From NCBI RefSeq assembly GCF_018977255.1, contig NW_024704743.1, positions 115,260,001-115,324,000 of the forward strand: a stretch of DNA of 64,000 bases. Reading direction: 5' to 3'. Shown here in pieces: positions 24,155-37,227 of this stretch. Both the position numbers and the translations under genes were made by a program. Every line of letters starts with the position of its first letter. Position 1 is the first letter of the stretch. Origin of the DNA: Callorhinchus milii. Taxonomy: Eukaryota. Under the pieces are notes generated by a model. It saw only the letters and a program-made list of their open reading frames with translations, did not search any database and had not been told where the DNA came from.

Positions 24155-24440
24155 GAAGAAGGAAACTGCAAGCATGACCTGACAATGGGGAAGGAGGGGG
24201 CAAGGTGCAGGGATTGAGGGAGAGAGTTCCAACGCTTTCGGGCATAGTGGCTGAAAGCATAGCCACCAATGATGGAGAGGAGGAGACGAGGAACAATCAG
24301 GAGACTGGAGCCAGTCGAGCGGAGGAGTGGGGAGTAAGCAGGTTGGAGAGGTAGGGAGGTGCCAGGCGCATGAAGGGGTTTGTTGATGAACAATCCACAA
24401 TTGAGATGGTTATGAGATACGAGGAATCCTCTCAAGCTGT
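24155..24440 (-). mobile_element. Old L2 LINE 3' fragment
   Basis: LRSTGSSLLIVPR..IGGYAFS..WNSLPQSLHLA. Confidence 0.75.
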
Positions 24441-24967
24441 GCAGAGCCAAAAGAAGGCACCCATTATCATGTTCCAATGAATGGCCTTGTGTTTTCGATG
24501 AAAAGTGCAGTGCTGAAGATCCCCAGGTGAATCCACATAGGTGTATATTTATCTCAACTTTCACTCTCTTGGTTATGTAAAACATTGACTTACATGGTTC
24601 TCTCCCACATGCTGCACTTTGTGCCTTAGTCGAGCTTTGTACAGAACATGCTTGTAACAACCAACTACAGGAGCCATAAAGCACAAGCAAAAGGTTTAGC
24701 TGCCAGAGAAAAAAATTCAGTGCGTTGTACGTGTGGTTGTGACTACTGCTCTGTGATTCCCCAACTGGCCACTAGGTGGTACCTTCAGTAGTCAATGCAC
24801 CATTGGGCTTTCAGCTCCTCACCTGATTGACCTGATGGGAGTCCTGGCTCCAACAAGAGTATTGTAAAGTGAACTAGCCATAAAAGAGAAGAAAAGATTG
24901 GAGACTGAACTTTTCCCCATAACCTTTACCATTTATCTTTTTGCCAAGGAATGTCCTTCTGATGTGA

Positions 24968-25960
24968 AACAACAACAACACAAAATTACATTTCTAGAGC
25001 GCCTTTCACGTCGGGAGGACATCCCAAAGCGCTGAACAGTCAGGTGTCGGGGCCCGAGCATGAGGGAGGGGTTGTGTAGGGATGAGGGAAGGCAGAGAGG
25101 TGGGAGGGAGACCAAAGACACAGTTGAAGAGAAGGGTCTTGAGACCGGCCTTGAAAGAGACAAGGGAGGAAGCGAGGCGAAGGGACCATGGGATGGAGTT
25201 CCAGAGTGTGGGGACAGAGAGGCTGAAAGCCTGGCCACCGATGGTAGGGCGGGTCGGGCGGGACACATGGAGCAGGCCAGAGCCTGATGAACGGAGGGAG
25301 TGGGCAGGTTGGTAGGGAGTCAGCAGGTCAGAGAGGTAGGAGAGGGCAAGGCCATGGATGGCCTTAAAGGTGAAGATGAGGATCTTGAACTCGATCCTCT
25401 GGGGGATGGGGAGGCAGTGGAGTCGGGCGAGGGTGGGAGTGATGGGGTCACGGAGCCTGGTGCGTGAGAGTACACAAGCTGCAGAGTTTTGGATGATCTG
25501 CAGCTTGTGAAGGGAAGAGTTGGGAAGGCCGATGAGGAGGGAGTTCCCGTAATCGAGCCTTGATGTGACGAATGTGTGGGTGAGGGTTTTGGCAGCCTGA
25601 AGGGTGAGGCAGTGGTGGAGTCTGGCAATGTTGTGGAGGTGGTGGTAGGCAGTGACGGTCATGGCGCAGATGTGGGGGAGAAAGGACAGTTCAGGGTCAA
25701 ACAAGATACCCAGGTTTAGTGAGGTTGAGTGTGCAGCTGTGGAGGCTAATGCTGCCAGCGCTTGAGGTGCAGAAGCAGTGGAGCGAGCCAATCAGGAGGG
25801 CCTCAGTCTTGCTGACATTGAGTCGGAGAAAGTTGGCCCTCATTCAGTATTTGATGTCGGACAAGCAGTCGGTCAGGACGCCAGTAGTCCTGGAGTTCAG
25901 GGTGGAGGCAGAGAAGTAGAGTTGGGTGTCATCCGCATACATGTGGAAATTTACCCCATG
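24968..25960 (-). mobile_element. 5'-truncated L2 LINE
   Basis: Runs from [11 protein letters not shown] to the ORF2 C-terminus (ORF 25006-25791), then 3' UTR and (TTG)n tail. Confidence 0.92.
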
Positions 25961-26217
25961 TAATCCTTGCATTTGATATTGCGCTTTTCACGTCTTCTAG
26001 ACATCCCAAAGCACTATATTTGTGGGCGAACGCGGCAGCCAATTGCGCACAGCAATGTCCCACAAACAGTCATGGATTGAAAATGACCAATTTATTATTG
26101 TTTTTTGTTGGAGGGATTATTATTAGGCTCTGTGTGGAGTAAGGAAACTTGCTCAAGGTTTCGCCCTCTGCCTGGAATTGAACTCAGGTCTCTCACTTGC
26201 AAAGTGAGTTCTCTAAG
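25961..26217 (-). mobile_element. Young SINE (short variant), lacking about 20 nt of the 5' end
   Basis: Reverse complement of the 8039 family. Its tail abuts the L2 directly. Confidence 0.85.
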
Positions 26218-28028
26218 GGCGAGTTGAAGGATTTTTCAAAATTCTGCCCAATCTTGAATTTTAAAATTATGGCAGGTTACAGTCATTGTTTTATTGTTTG
26301 CTAAGTGCATAAGAGCAATCATATAGAAACATGAATCTTCCCCGCCCTTTCTCTCCCTCTCCACAGCAAACTTCGCTTCCTCCTTTTTCTGGCATCAATC
26401 TTGATGTTGTAACAGGTTCGCACATGATCTGCATTCACACGCACAGTCACATGCAGACCAACAAACACGAGATCCCTTTAGCTGTTTCAGCAACTTCACG
26501 GGAGCCTTACAAGAAATGCTCCTGACTGGAGTTTCGAATACCAGGAATCTTTTGTCTCAATGAGGGGATATTTCATGACTTGGGACTGTGCACACATTTA
26601 GAGCTATCAAGATATTAAACACGGTGCATACTTACATGGAAATTGTACTCATTTAGTGAGGGAACTTATGAAAGGGGCACATACTTTGAGTGAACAATTT
26701 GATATGTGTGTTGGGGGACAGAAGAGCATCAATTTACGTTAGTCCATAGCAGGTTGTGGATTCGGGGCGGGGATTTGGGGGCAGGGGGTGGAAGTGGGGA
26801 ATGATAGAAGGCATTGACTTTTTGGATGAGAAACAAAAACAGGCCATCAAATCTATGTGGGCATTTTTCCCCACATGAATCCTTTGTCTAATACCACTCT
26901 CCAGTGCTCACTCGCCATTCTTTTCAATATTCTATCTTTTTCAATCTTATTAGCCAATTCCCTTTGAAAAGAATATATGGGCTCTGTCTCTACTTCTATT
27001 TAATTTCTGGCTTTCAATGTGTATTCATAATTAGAGTAATTAGGGTTAGGGTAACAACAACAATTTGCACTTATATAGCGGAAGGGGAAGGTGACAGTAG
27101 GCGCGGTCGGAAAGGAAGGTCTTCAGGCGTGACCTGAAGAAGGGGAAGGGGGGACAAGGTGAAGGGGTTGAGGGAGGGAGTTCCAAAGTTTCGGGGCTAG
27201 GTGGTTTCAGGCATTAGTGTTAGGCAGGGTAATTAGGGTTAAGCAGAAAAATTCCAACAACACTCTGTGTGTTTTAAAAATATCCTAACAACTCATTTAA
27301 TTTCTTTTGCGATCGTCATAAAGAGAAGACTTCAAGGTGACTCAACAGAAGTGTTGTAGATGATAACCAGACTGCCAAATGTTAATGCAGGCAAACTGTG
27401 CGCCAGACTGCACATTAAAAATGAGAAAGTACAAAGGGAAAGGAAAGTCATGCAGGACTTTGCTTTTAACATAATAAAGAATCCCATTGGAACAGATATG
27501 GGTGTACTCTATACCAGGAGCCAGCTGAAAAGTACCTTAAGTTCTATTGAAAGTTTCCTGCTACTTCCTGCTGTTGCAGTCTGGGCCTGAGGGTGGCTAT
27601 GATCATGATACAACTTGGCAGTTGGCCAATCTGTGGCTTTTCTGATCAGGATACTCTGAGGAATCTGAGAAGACAGTTTGGATATAAACCCCTTCCTATT
27701 GTTGGGACCAAAATGAGACCAAGAGGTTCAGTATTTTATAGTAATGAAGTGAATAAGATTCCATTTTTTGGAATCTTAGTCATCAAACACAAACAGCGTT
27801 ATCTGTATGAGAACTTCAAGGAACAACCTGTCAAGTATGGGGCCTATATTGCTGTAGGTGGAATTAGCTCAGTGAAGGCACTGATGATGGTGGCTTCTTC
27901 TTGTGGTGCTTTACTAAATTTAGTTTCGGAAGAAAACTTTTAATCAAATACCCAGAATTTTTCTAATTTGGTTTAATGAGATGAATTACCAAGTAAACAG
28001 TGTAAATGCACTCAAGAGTTAAGCAGAT

Positions 28029-28340
28029 GTGGAGTCCTGTAGCTCAGTGGTGAGAGCACTCGCTTTGCAAGCAAGAGACCTGGGTTCGATTCCCGGCAAG
28101 GTGAAACTTTGGGCAAGTTTCCTTACTCCACACGCCTGATAATATTCCCTCAAGGAAAAAAAGTCAATAAATTGGTCACTTTAATCTACGATTTTGTGGG
28201 ACACTGCTGTGTGCAATTGGCTGCCGCATTTCGCCCACAAATATACAGTCAATTCACTTTACATCTATTCTGTGAAGCGCTTTGAGAAGTCTAGAAGAAT
28301 TGAAAAGTACTATATCAAATGCAAGGATTATTATTATTAT
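28029..28340 (+). mobile_element. Full-length young SINE (short variant)
   Basis: gtggagtcctgtagctcagtgg head, B box gggttcgattcc, Deu-like core and (ATT)n tail. Confidence 0.9.
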
Positions 28341-29107
28341 AAGTGATTTCTACAGAAGGCTGCCCAATGAGAAACAAAAAGGAATAGATTTAATAGAGCC
28401 AATAGTCTTTTGCTTTCTCTACCCCTCTCCCACAAGTAAAAAAAAATGATGTTCTGGATTACAAAACTCTTATTAGCTTTACTCGAATTCCCATATTCCA
28501 ATATGCTACATCCTGCTATTTCCAAAGCTGCTTTCAACAACAACTTGCATTTATTTAGCACCCTTCCCACGGGGTAGCTTCCCGGAATGCTTTTACCCAA
28601 ATCAAGTGGAAATGCAAAGCAAGTCTTTTGGTGCAGATCAGGCATCAATGAGCGCTGAATTTACGGGCTATTTAGTGGAAGTGAAACTGCAATTATCTCA
28701 TTACTTTGGCAATGACAGCACTTAGGCAAAAGTGCATTTACCTGCAATAATGAATCACGGTGATAGATACATATGAAAAGTCCCCTAAAATGATGATTTG
28801 CTAAGTATGGGTACACTTTTCCTCCGTTACTCATAAATATCCCAAAGTTTGAAGTGCTAATTTTAATAAATCTTATTGCTCTTCTTCTGTGCTAGCTATT
28901 ATTTGAGGTAAGATGCCATCAGATCTTGTTGTGAATCATTGTCCTTTCAATTTTCGTAATGTGGTTGGAGAATGTGGTTTTAAATAACAATTTTTCAGGT
29001 TGTTCAGCTTTTCAAGAGACAGATAGTTACTCATAGCTATCCCAAAGTTTGAAGTGTTATTTTTAACACACCTTCCTCTTTTCAAACAACGCTACAGGCT
29101 CTTTAAT

Positions 29108-29208
29108 AAACACAGAAGTCGCTGGGAACACATAGCAGGTCAGGCAGCATCCGTGGAGAGAGGAAAATGAGTTAATGTTTCAGATCAATGACCTTTCATC
29201 AGAACTCA
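29108..29208 (-). mobile_element. Penelope-like terminal-repeat fragment
   Basis: Homologous to 17341-17426 (agcaggtcaggcagcatc..tggaga.aggaaa) and carries a hammerhead core. Confidence 0.65.
29168..29208 (-). ncRNA. Minimal type I hammerhead ribozyme motif (probably partly decayed)
   Basis: Minus strand reads UGAGUU-CUGAUGA-A-AGGUC-auu-GAUCU-GAAA-CAUU-AACUCA. Stem I is 6 bp, stem II is 5 bp, and both catalytic boxes are intact. Confidence 0.7.
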
Positions 29209-29221
29209 AAGGATCGTTAAT

Positions 29222-29381
29222 GTTTATTTGAACAGGCAAGTAGGATCTCAGTACAATACCTCTGACAATGCATCACTACCCCAGCACTGCAATGAACGTT
29301 TATCTTAGATTGTGAGGTCAAGCCTGGACATGGGACTTGAACCCACAGCCTTTCGATCCACAGGTATGAGCCAAGCTGACA
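29222..29381 (-). mobile_element. Older Deu-type SINE, 5' part
   Basis: Reverse complement has the tgtcagcttggctca head and gggttcaagtccc B box. Confidence 0.65.
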
Positions 29382-29726
29382 CATCGACAAATCAAACTCC
29401 ATAACATGGCACCTTAGGGAACAAGCAAATGAGGAAAGATTTGATGCAGGGAGAGATAGATTCTCATCGGATCAGTAATCACAGACAGAGATTGAGCAAT
29501 CAAAGCGAACAAAGCATTTACACCTCTCACAAGGGAGGAAAGCCTGTTCACCAGCTAGTTATAATAATCCTTGCATTTGATGTAGCGCTTTTTACATATT
29601 GTAGAAGTCTCAAAGCGATTCACAGAATATACTGTAAAGTAAATTGACCGTATATTTGTGGGCAAAACGCAGCAGCTTGCATAGTACAAATAATAATTTA
29701 GTAATACGAGCAGCTGACACTGGGCC

Positions 29727-32046
29727 TCAGTGTCTCGGATGTCACTATCAACGACAAGGCCGTCTCCGACCACCACTTCATCTCCTTCACCACCTCCACC
29801 CCCCTCCCCACCTCCACCAGACCCACCATCATCTTCTACCGCCGCTGGAAGAAGTTACCCCTTCAATCCCTAACCGCTGCCTTGGAGTCCTCTGAACTCC
29901 TCTCCCTCTGGCCTTCAACTCTCACTGACCCCTCTTCTGCTCTCATCCTCCTCCACAACACCCTCTCCTCCACACTTGACACTCTTGCCCCCATCACCTC
30001 CCGTACTGTCTCCTACTCTCGCTCCTCCCCCTGGTGCACCACCCACCTCCGCTCACTGAAGAGCCAGGTGCGGGCCGCTGAACGCACCTGGGTCAAATCT
30101 GGCCTAACGGTCCACTGACAAATCTGGCTGGACCTCCTCAAAATCTACCGCTCCACTCTAGCATCGGCCAAATCGTCCTTCTACTCCAGGATAATCCTGG
30201 AGGAGAAGGACAACCCCAGGCTACTGTTCTCTACCACATCCCAACTCCTCCGTCCCCTCCGCCACCCCGCGCAGGTCATCTCCTCCAACCTTCACTGCGA
30301 GGAGATGCTGGATTTCCTTGAATCCAAAATCAAGGGAATTCGCTCCGCGGTCACTTCCCCTCCAACATCCACCCACCCCCACCCCCTCCCTCCCACACTC
30401 CGACTCCTACCCATCCTCCCCTACACACTTCGTACCCGTTTCCCCACCCTCTGTCACCAAACTCATCCTATCCCTGAAACCCACCACCTGCTCCCTTGAC
30501 CCCATCCCCACTCCACTCCTTATCTCCCAGCTCCACCTCCTTGCCCCACATATCACAAACATCATCAACCTGTCCCTCTCCTCTGGCTCTGTTCCCATTC
30601 CCTTAAAAACTGCCACCATCACTCCCACCTTGAAAAAACCCTCCCTTGATGCGTCGCAGCTATCAAGCTACCGGCCCATCTCCAACCTCCCCTTCCTGTC
30701 CAAGGTCCTGGAATGAGTTGTCGCCTCCCAGCTGCGCTCTTTCCTCTCCAACCATTCATTATTCGAACCCCTTCAGTCGGGTTTCCGTGCTGCCCATAGC
30801 ACAGAAACTGCCCTGGTCAAGGTCACCAATGACATCCTGACCATCTGTGACCAGGGCTCCCTCTGCCTCCTCGTCCTCCTCGACCTATCGGCAGCATTCG
30901 ATACGGTCGACCACGCTATCCTCCTCCACCACTTGTCCTCCCACCTAAACCTTCAAGGCCCTGTCCTTGAGTGGTTTAGGTCGTACCTCTCCCACCGTCT
31001 TCACTTTGTCTCCACGAATGTTTTTTCCTCTGGCTCCCGCACTGTCTCGTGCAGTGTCCCTCAAGGCTCTGTCCTCGGTCCCCTCCTCTTCACCCTCTAT
31101 ACGCTCCCCCTTGGTGACATCATCCGCAGACATGGGGTTAACTTCCACATGTATGCGGATGACACCCAACTCTACCTTTCCTCCTCTACCCTCAACTCCA
31201 CGACCACCGATGTCCTGACAGCCTGCCTGTCCGACATCGAGTCCTGGACGAGAGATAACTTTCTCCAGCTCAACGTGCGCAAAACTGAGGCCCTCCTGAT
31301 TGGCTCGCGTCAGCGCCTCCGCACCTCAGGCGCTGACACCATCAGCATCCAAGGCTGCACTCTCCACCTCTCAAAGCCAGTCAGGAACCTTGGGGTTCTG
31401 TTCGACCCTGAGCTGTCCTTTCTCCCTCATATCCGCGCCACAACTGGCACCGCCTTCCATCACCTCCGGAATGTCGCCAGACTACGGCACTACCTCACCC
31501 CTCACGCTACTGAAACCCTGGTCCATGCCTTTATCACCTCAAGGCTGGACTATGGGAACTCTCTCCTCGCCGGCCTTCCCGGCACCTCCCTCCACAAGCT
31601 GCAGGTCATTCAGAACTCTGCAGCTCGTGTACTGTCCCGCACCAGGCTTCGGGACCACATCACTCCCACCCTCGCTCGCCTCCACTGGCTCCCCATCCCC
31701 CAGAGGATCGAATTCAAGATCCTCATCCTCACCTACAAGGCCATTCACGGCCTTGCTCCCTCCTACCTCTCCGACCTACTATCCCCCTACCTACCTGCCC
31801 GTACCCTCCGTTCCTCTGGCTCCGGTCTGCTCCACATCCCCCGCCCCAACCGCCCTACCATCGGTGGCCGGGCCTTCAGCCTCTCAGCCCCGAGGCTCTG
31901 GAACTCTATCCCCCAGTGCCTTCGCCGCCTCCTCCCTTTCCTCCTTCAAGGCCGGTCTCAAGACCTTTCTCTTTGACCGAGCCTTGGGACATCCTCCCGA
32001 CGTGAAAGGCGCTCAATAAATGGAATCTTGTTGTTGTTGTTGTTGT
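29727..32046 (+). mobile_element. Young 5'-truncated L2 LINE (end of endonuclease plus complete RT region)
   Basis: SDH motif near 29765, then [39 protein letters not shown] and YADD. Two in-frame TGA stops (30116, 30714) and about two frameshifts. Tail ends in (TTG)n. Confidence 0.95.
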
Positions 32047-32404
32047 AGCTGTGACATGGGCCGATTGGATAGGCCGAATAGTCTCCTTCTCCACTGAAAA
32101 TGTCTACCTTTCCACCTAACTTGTCTGGGGACATGGAAGCTCTTTGTTGCAATGGCCTAGGGACTTAGGCATGCCTCAGCCAATGGCTAGGAACAGTATG
32201 TCTCAATTATTTATTCCAGGTCCAGGCCAAAAAATATTATGCTTGTGACTCATTGACTTCAGGCAAAGCATATTGTTTTAAAGTCAGCAGTTTCAGAAGG
32301 GGTTGGGGGCAGATTATGTAGAGCATGTTCCTGTCTCTTCCAGCCAGCAGTCAGTTCACATGACAGCACTGATGACACTTGTTTACTTTGGTGCTATGTT
32401 ATGA

Positions 32405-32725
32405 ATAATAATAATAATAATCCTTGCATTTGCTATGGTGCTTTTCGGGTCTTCTAGACGTCTCAAAGAGCTTCACAGAATATCCTGTAAAGTGAATTGA
32501 CTGTATATTTGTGGGCGAGATGCGGCAGCCAAATTGTGCAAAGCAGTGTCCCACAAACAGTCATGGATTGAAGGGACCAATTTATTATTGTTTTTTTTGA
32601 GGGATTATTATTATTAGGCGTGTGAGGCGTGTGAGGGAATTTGTCCAAGGTTTTGTTCTGCTGGTAATCAAACCCAGGTCTCTCGCTTGAGCGGCGCGTG
32701 CTCTAACCACTGAGCTACAGGACTA
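32405..32725 (-). mobile_element. Full-length young SINE (short variant)
   Basis: Reverse complement of the 8039 family, including the A box. Confidence 0.88.
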
Positions 32726-33819
32726 CAATGTCACAAGGTTGTGGAACACCAAAGAGATGAAAAAACACACTTCACAAAAAAGCAAAGGGTCACATCAACA
32801 ATTCAGAGACCATCCGGATTCTCACGATTGTCTTAGCCTTGAGACCATTAACAGTAAAGGCAGAGAAGAATTTTGAACAGGTCTCAAATTCAGACTTAAT
32901 TTGAAAGGCACTTTTATTTTCAAAAGATGTAGTGAAATAAGTTTCTAAATTGACTTGATTGAAGCATAATCTAAAATTCTGCACCATTTTAAATATTAAG
33001 ACAGTGGGAATGGATGGATTAGAGATTGGGATGAGATGGAATAGATATTGGGAATGAATGGATTACAGGTTGGGAATGGATAGTATTGTGTAGAGTTAAG
33101 CCACAGGCAGAATAGGTTGAATATTATCACAAGAAAGATTCAGATGAAGAAAGCCCTTTGCTCCATTCCATCTCATCTTTCCAGAATACCAGCCCTGCCA
33201 TCCTCCCATTACAACATCAAGTAGTTTATTAAATGAATCCAAACTTCTGGCACTGTCCAAGCCTCTGGTACTGGTAACCATGTTCCCTCACTGAGGTGAA
33301 CATGAATGTGTCCCTTCATCGAAACTTTAGCCTCCCTGCAGTCAATATATATCAGGAAGTTCTTCAATAGAGTCTCGTATCATCCTGAACTGCAATCCAG
33401 ACAGCCTCATCTGTCATTGCAAGGATCCCAGTACACAAATTGTTTTCTTGAAGCCTTTCTCAAGGCCAGATGTATGCTACACCTGGGATTCCCCCCCCCA
33501 CACACACACCTACCCCCACACACATCCCCACCCCCGCGCCCGCAAGCGCCCACATGCGCACAGTCCAAGAATTTGTTGCATAACAAGTGAGAATGTGGTT
33601 TTGTCTATGGGTGGAACAAACTACATCTCGTTATATAAACTTTTATAGTTTCAAAAACATAATTTGTAATAAACCATTGAGTAAAACAAGGGGACCAATC
33701 TGAAGTAATAATTTCTATGGTGCTTGACAGGTAGACTTGTCTGTGAAATAAATAAGGTTTGAGGGAGATTTAGAATTTAAATTTGTATTGAGAATTCTAG
33801 AGGTCCCAAATTAGCCTGT

Positions 33820-34230
33820 AATAATAATAACTGATAATTCTTGTATTTGATATAGCAATTTTCTCAATGGAAAGGCATCTCAAAGAGCTTCACAGGACCA
33901 AGGACAGAGCCCTAAGGAATGCCGCACGAGATGGTATGGGGCTAGAGGAGAAGCCACTTGTGGAGCTGAAGTGGAGGCGGTGAGAGAGGTACGATCTGAA
34001 CCATTCAAGGACAAAACCATGAAGGTTGAGGTGAGAGGAGAGGCAGTGGATGAGGATAGAGTGGTCAACGGTGTCTAAGGCAGCAGAGAGGTCAAGGAGG
34101 ATGAAGAAGCAGAGGGAGTTCTGGTCGCAGATAGACAGAATGTCATTTGTCATTTTGACCAGAGCTGTTTCTGTGCTATGGGCAACATGGAAACCCGATT
34201 GGAGGGGTTCGTGAAGGAGTGGCAGAGGAG
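33820..34230 (-). mobile_element. L2 RT fragment joined to a SINE-type tail
   Basis: TNDILSICDQ..LLDLSAALDTVDHSIL (33895-34230) followed on the minus strand by gtgaagctctttgagatg...atcaaatacaagaattat. Confidence 0.75.
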
Positions 34231-35280
34231 TTCAAATGACTCCATGACCAGGAAATTACTGGCACAATAGCTTCCACAAAGAGTCCCAACCTACGGCTGA
34301 GTTATCATGATAGTAAACCCCTGAAATCATTCTTAAATATAAGACCATACAAAATGTTGGAAAATTTGGGTTCCAAACTAAGCATAAACCAAAATTCTGC
34401 ATAATCTTAAACAGTTTTCAGGCTAAGATCTACCTTTCATTTTCGATCACCTTGAAAATTTATGGTCCACTTTTAATTTTTAACATCGAATGGCCCAAAA
34501 TAGAGGGATAGCATTTTTTGGGGGTCAGCTGGGTATCTGACACATGCGGAAACCCATGTGGTTAGGATACTCACCATGCTTAAGAGTATCCAAACATCTG
34601 AAAATTTCAGGGATAGATTGTTGGAATGGAATGCGCACTCTCTCCCTGGAGGACCGCATTCTGCTTACCTAATTCTGGAAAGTATTATTCACAGGTTGGC
34701 AAGAGCCAAGGCTTGCGGATCCCAGGGAGTGTGTTGGGGTACTTCTGGTGTCTAATCAGCAGTACCCTAACTTGCTTAAATAGAAGCAGGAGTGGGCATG
34801 TGGGTTTATCTTTTGCTTTTATTTGTACTGCAGGAGCATTGCTTCAGAGAAGAAATGCGAGTCACATAAAGTTAAACATAAAAAAATCTTATTAATATGA
34901 AACCAACAAAGATTCTTTCAAGCAACTGAATTGCTAGCTGATGCAATTTTTTTGATTGCTGTTTCCTCCAACAGAACATTCCAAATCTTGCCATCTCAAA
35001 GCACTTCATAAGCCATTACCGGTCTTTTTGTATAATGATTTTTGTTTTATGAAAAGCAAATGTCTCACAACCTTGAGGTGAATAATTGATTAATCTGGAG
35101 GATTGATAGCTAAAACATGGGAATAAACTCTCTTCTCTATTCTGCCAGTGTCATAAGATCCTTAACTTCCACCTGAAAAGCAGCAGGCACAGCCTTGGTT
35201 TTAATATCTCATCCAAAAGACCTGCAGCCCATCTCGTCAATACATCAGCGAGTGCTCTACCTTGTCGAGTCTTGTAACAT

Positions 35281-35622
35281 ATTAGTTAGAGCCTCGTGAG
35301 AGAAGAATTCCCAGGCAGGGTGAAACCTTAGGCAAATTTCCTTACTCTACACGCCTCTGTTTACTTATCAGTAAGTAGAAACACGGTTGTTAGTTGATTG
35401 GCGGTCGCTTTCTGGGGATAATAATCCCTTTTGAAAAAAAATTGGAGGAGGGTCACTCAATCCACCACTGTCTGTGGGACACTGCTGTGCAAAATTGCCT
35501 GCCGTATTTTTCCCCACAAAATGCACAGCCAATGTCCACTTTACAGTATAATCTGAGATGCGCTTTGAGACATCTCAACGACAAGGCACAATATCATTGC
35601 AGGGAATATTATTTTTATTATT
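35281..35622 (+). mobile_element. Young SINE (long variant)
   Basis: Family match including cgcctctgtttacttatcagtaagtagaaacacggttgttagttgattggcgg. Confidence 0.82.
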
Positions 35623-37227
35623 GTTCACGTGTCCTACCCTACTTCTCTACTCATTCCCCCTGGCTTAGCTAACTCAAGCATGATCACACTGTTTAATGCC
35701 ATGGTCTTAATTAATGTCTTGGTGCTTAGACCATTTAGGGCCTCTGAAGTCCTCTGTGTTACAATTACAAAGCACCTTCCATAAACATCTCAAAAAGCTT
35801 GATCCTAACAGCTGTTTTAAATGTTAACATGTAACCACAGGTTATCTCTTTAATGTTGTTTATCCTCCCTTGTGGTTATTTTGTGATTTCTTCATTTTAC
35901 CTTCGGGACATTGGTGTCCCGGGCGTAACATAAATATGTTGCACTTACTGGATGTGATTGGTTGGCAAGGGAGTGTAGTGAAGCTACCAAGAAGGAGGAA
36001 ACTCTCACTCCCTCACCGCAAATTAACATTGAAATTTACATTCCATGTAAAGTTGTGATAACTTACTGAGGGGCACCTTTAGGTTGCAAGGTTACGGTGC
36101 AGTGATGAGCTGGAACTGTGCACAAACTGTTTGCTGCGTTTCGCCCACAAAATATAAGTCACAATATACGCTTTGAAATGGTTTGATGATGTGATAAGGC
36201 GCTATATCGAATGCAAGGATGATTATTATTATTAGATCTTTGAGAAGATTCACCGATGTGATAAGACACTATCAAATACAAATTACAGTATTATTAATAA
36301 TAAAGTATGGAAGATTAGGAAAGAGCAGGCCAAAGGTTCAAACCTAGCACATGTCGAGGGTGAGTACATTAAATAAAGATATGGGTTAGAAGTGGTAAAC
36401 CATGGAGACCAATGTATGTCTGCCTGAAGTGATTAGAAGTGTTTGAGTCTCTAATTACTGGAGCTGTGGCGTTCCTCTCAGTGAGCAGTCCTTTTATGGA
36501 GCGGAGAATTCTGTTAAATCTAAATGAACTGCTTTGCCAAGAACCTGCTCAACTGATCTTTGTCTCCAACCTCAATTTGAGTCAATAAGCCTATTGTATG
36601 ATCCTGCAGAACACTGAAGCGTCCCGTCCAAAATTATTGTGTTCCGCAACACTGGAAGCTACCGTGTTTGTGTTTATCCACCTCCCCCACCCTCCACACA
36701 TTCTGCACAGCCACAGGAGGATTGCAGAAGCTTCAGTCAGTGAGACACCGCACTCAGAAGTTGGCATGCAGTTTAAATGTCAACTCAAAATAACCCTGAC
36801 ATGGGCCAGACTGCAGGACCTCCAGATGTATTCCTTTTAGGTCAAATCTTGATTTCCACCACCGCAGGCAGTCCTAGCTTTTCTCTTCCTCACACCACCC
36901 ATAGACCATCTTGCAGGGCACAACTTCAGGCTGTGTCAGCTTGGCTCAGTCAAATGCCCTTTCACCTCTTGGTTGAGACTTCAGCTCATAGTCTAGGTTA
37001 ACATCCACAGTGCAGCATTGTCATACAGTCACTTCACTTCACTACAGTATATTCTGTGAAGCACTTTGAGACGTCTTGAAGACATAAGGCTACAACAAGT
37101 TGCACAGCACCCTCCATGCTGGACAGCATCTCAGAGTGTTTATATAAGGCTCTATATTAAATACAAGGACTATTATTATATTACAAGTCAGACCTTAAAC
37201 CAAGGTCACGACTGCCCATTTGTAATG

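Noticed and set aside
30933..31976. 347-aa RT ORF as a domesticated host gene or novel retron-like system
   Set aside because: It is part of a truncated L2 with upstream stops, frameshifts, a LINE tail and several homologous copies in the window.
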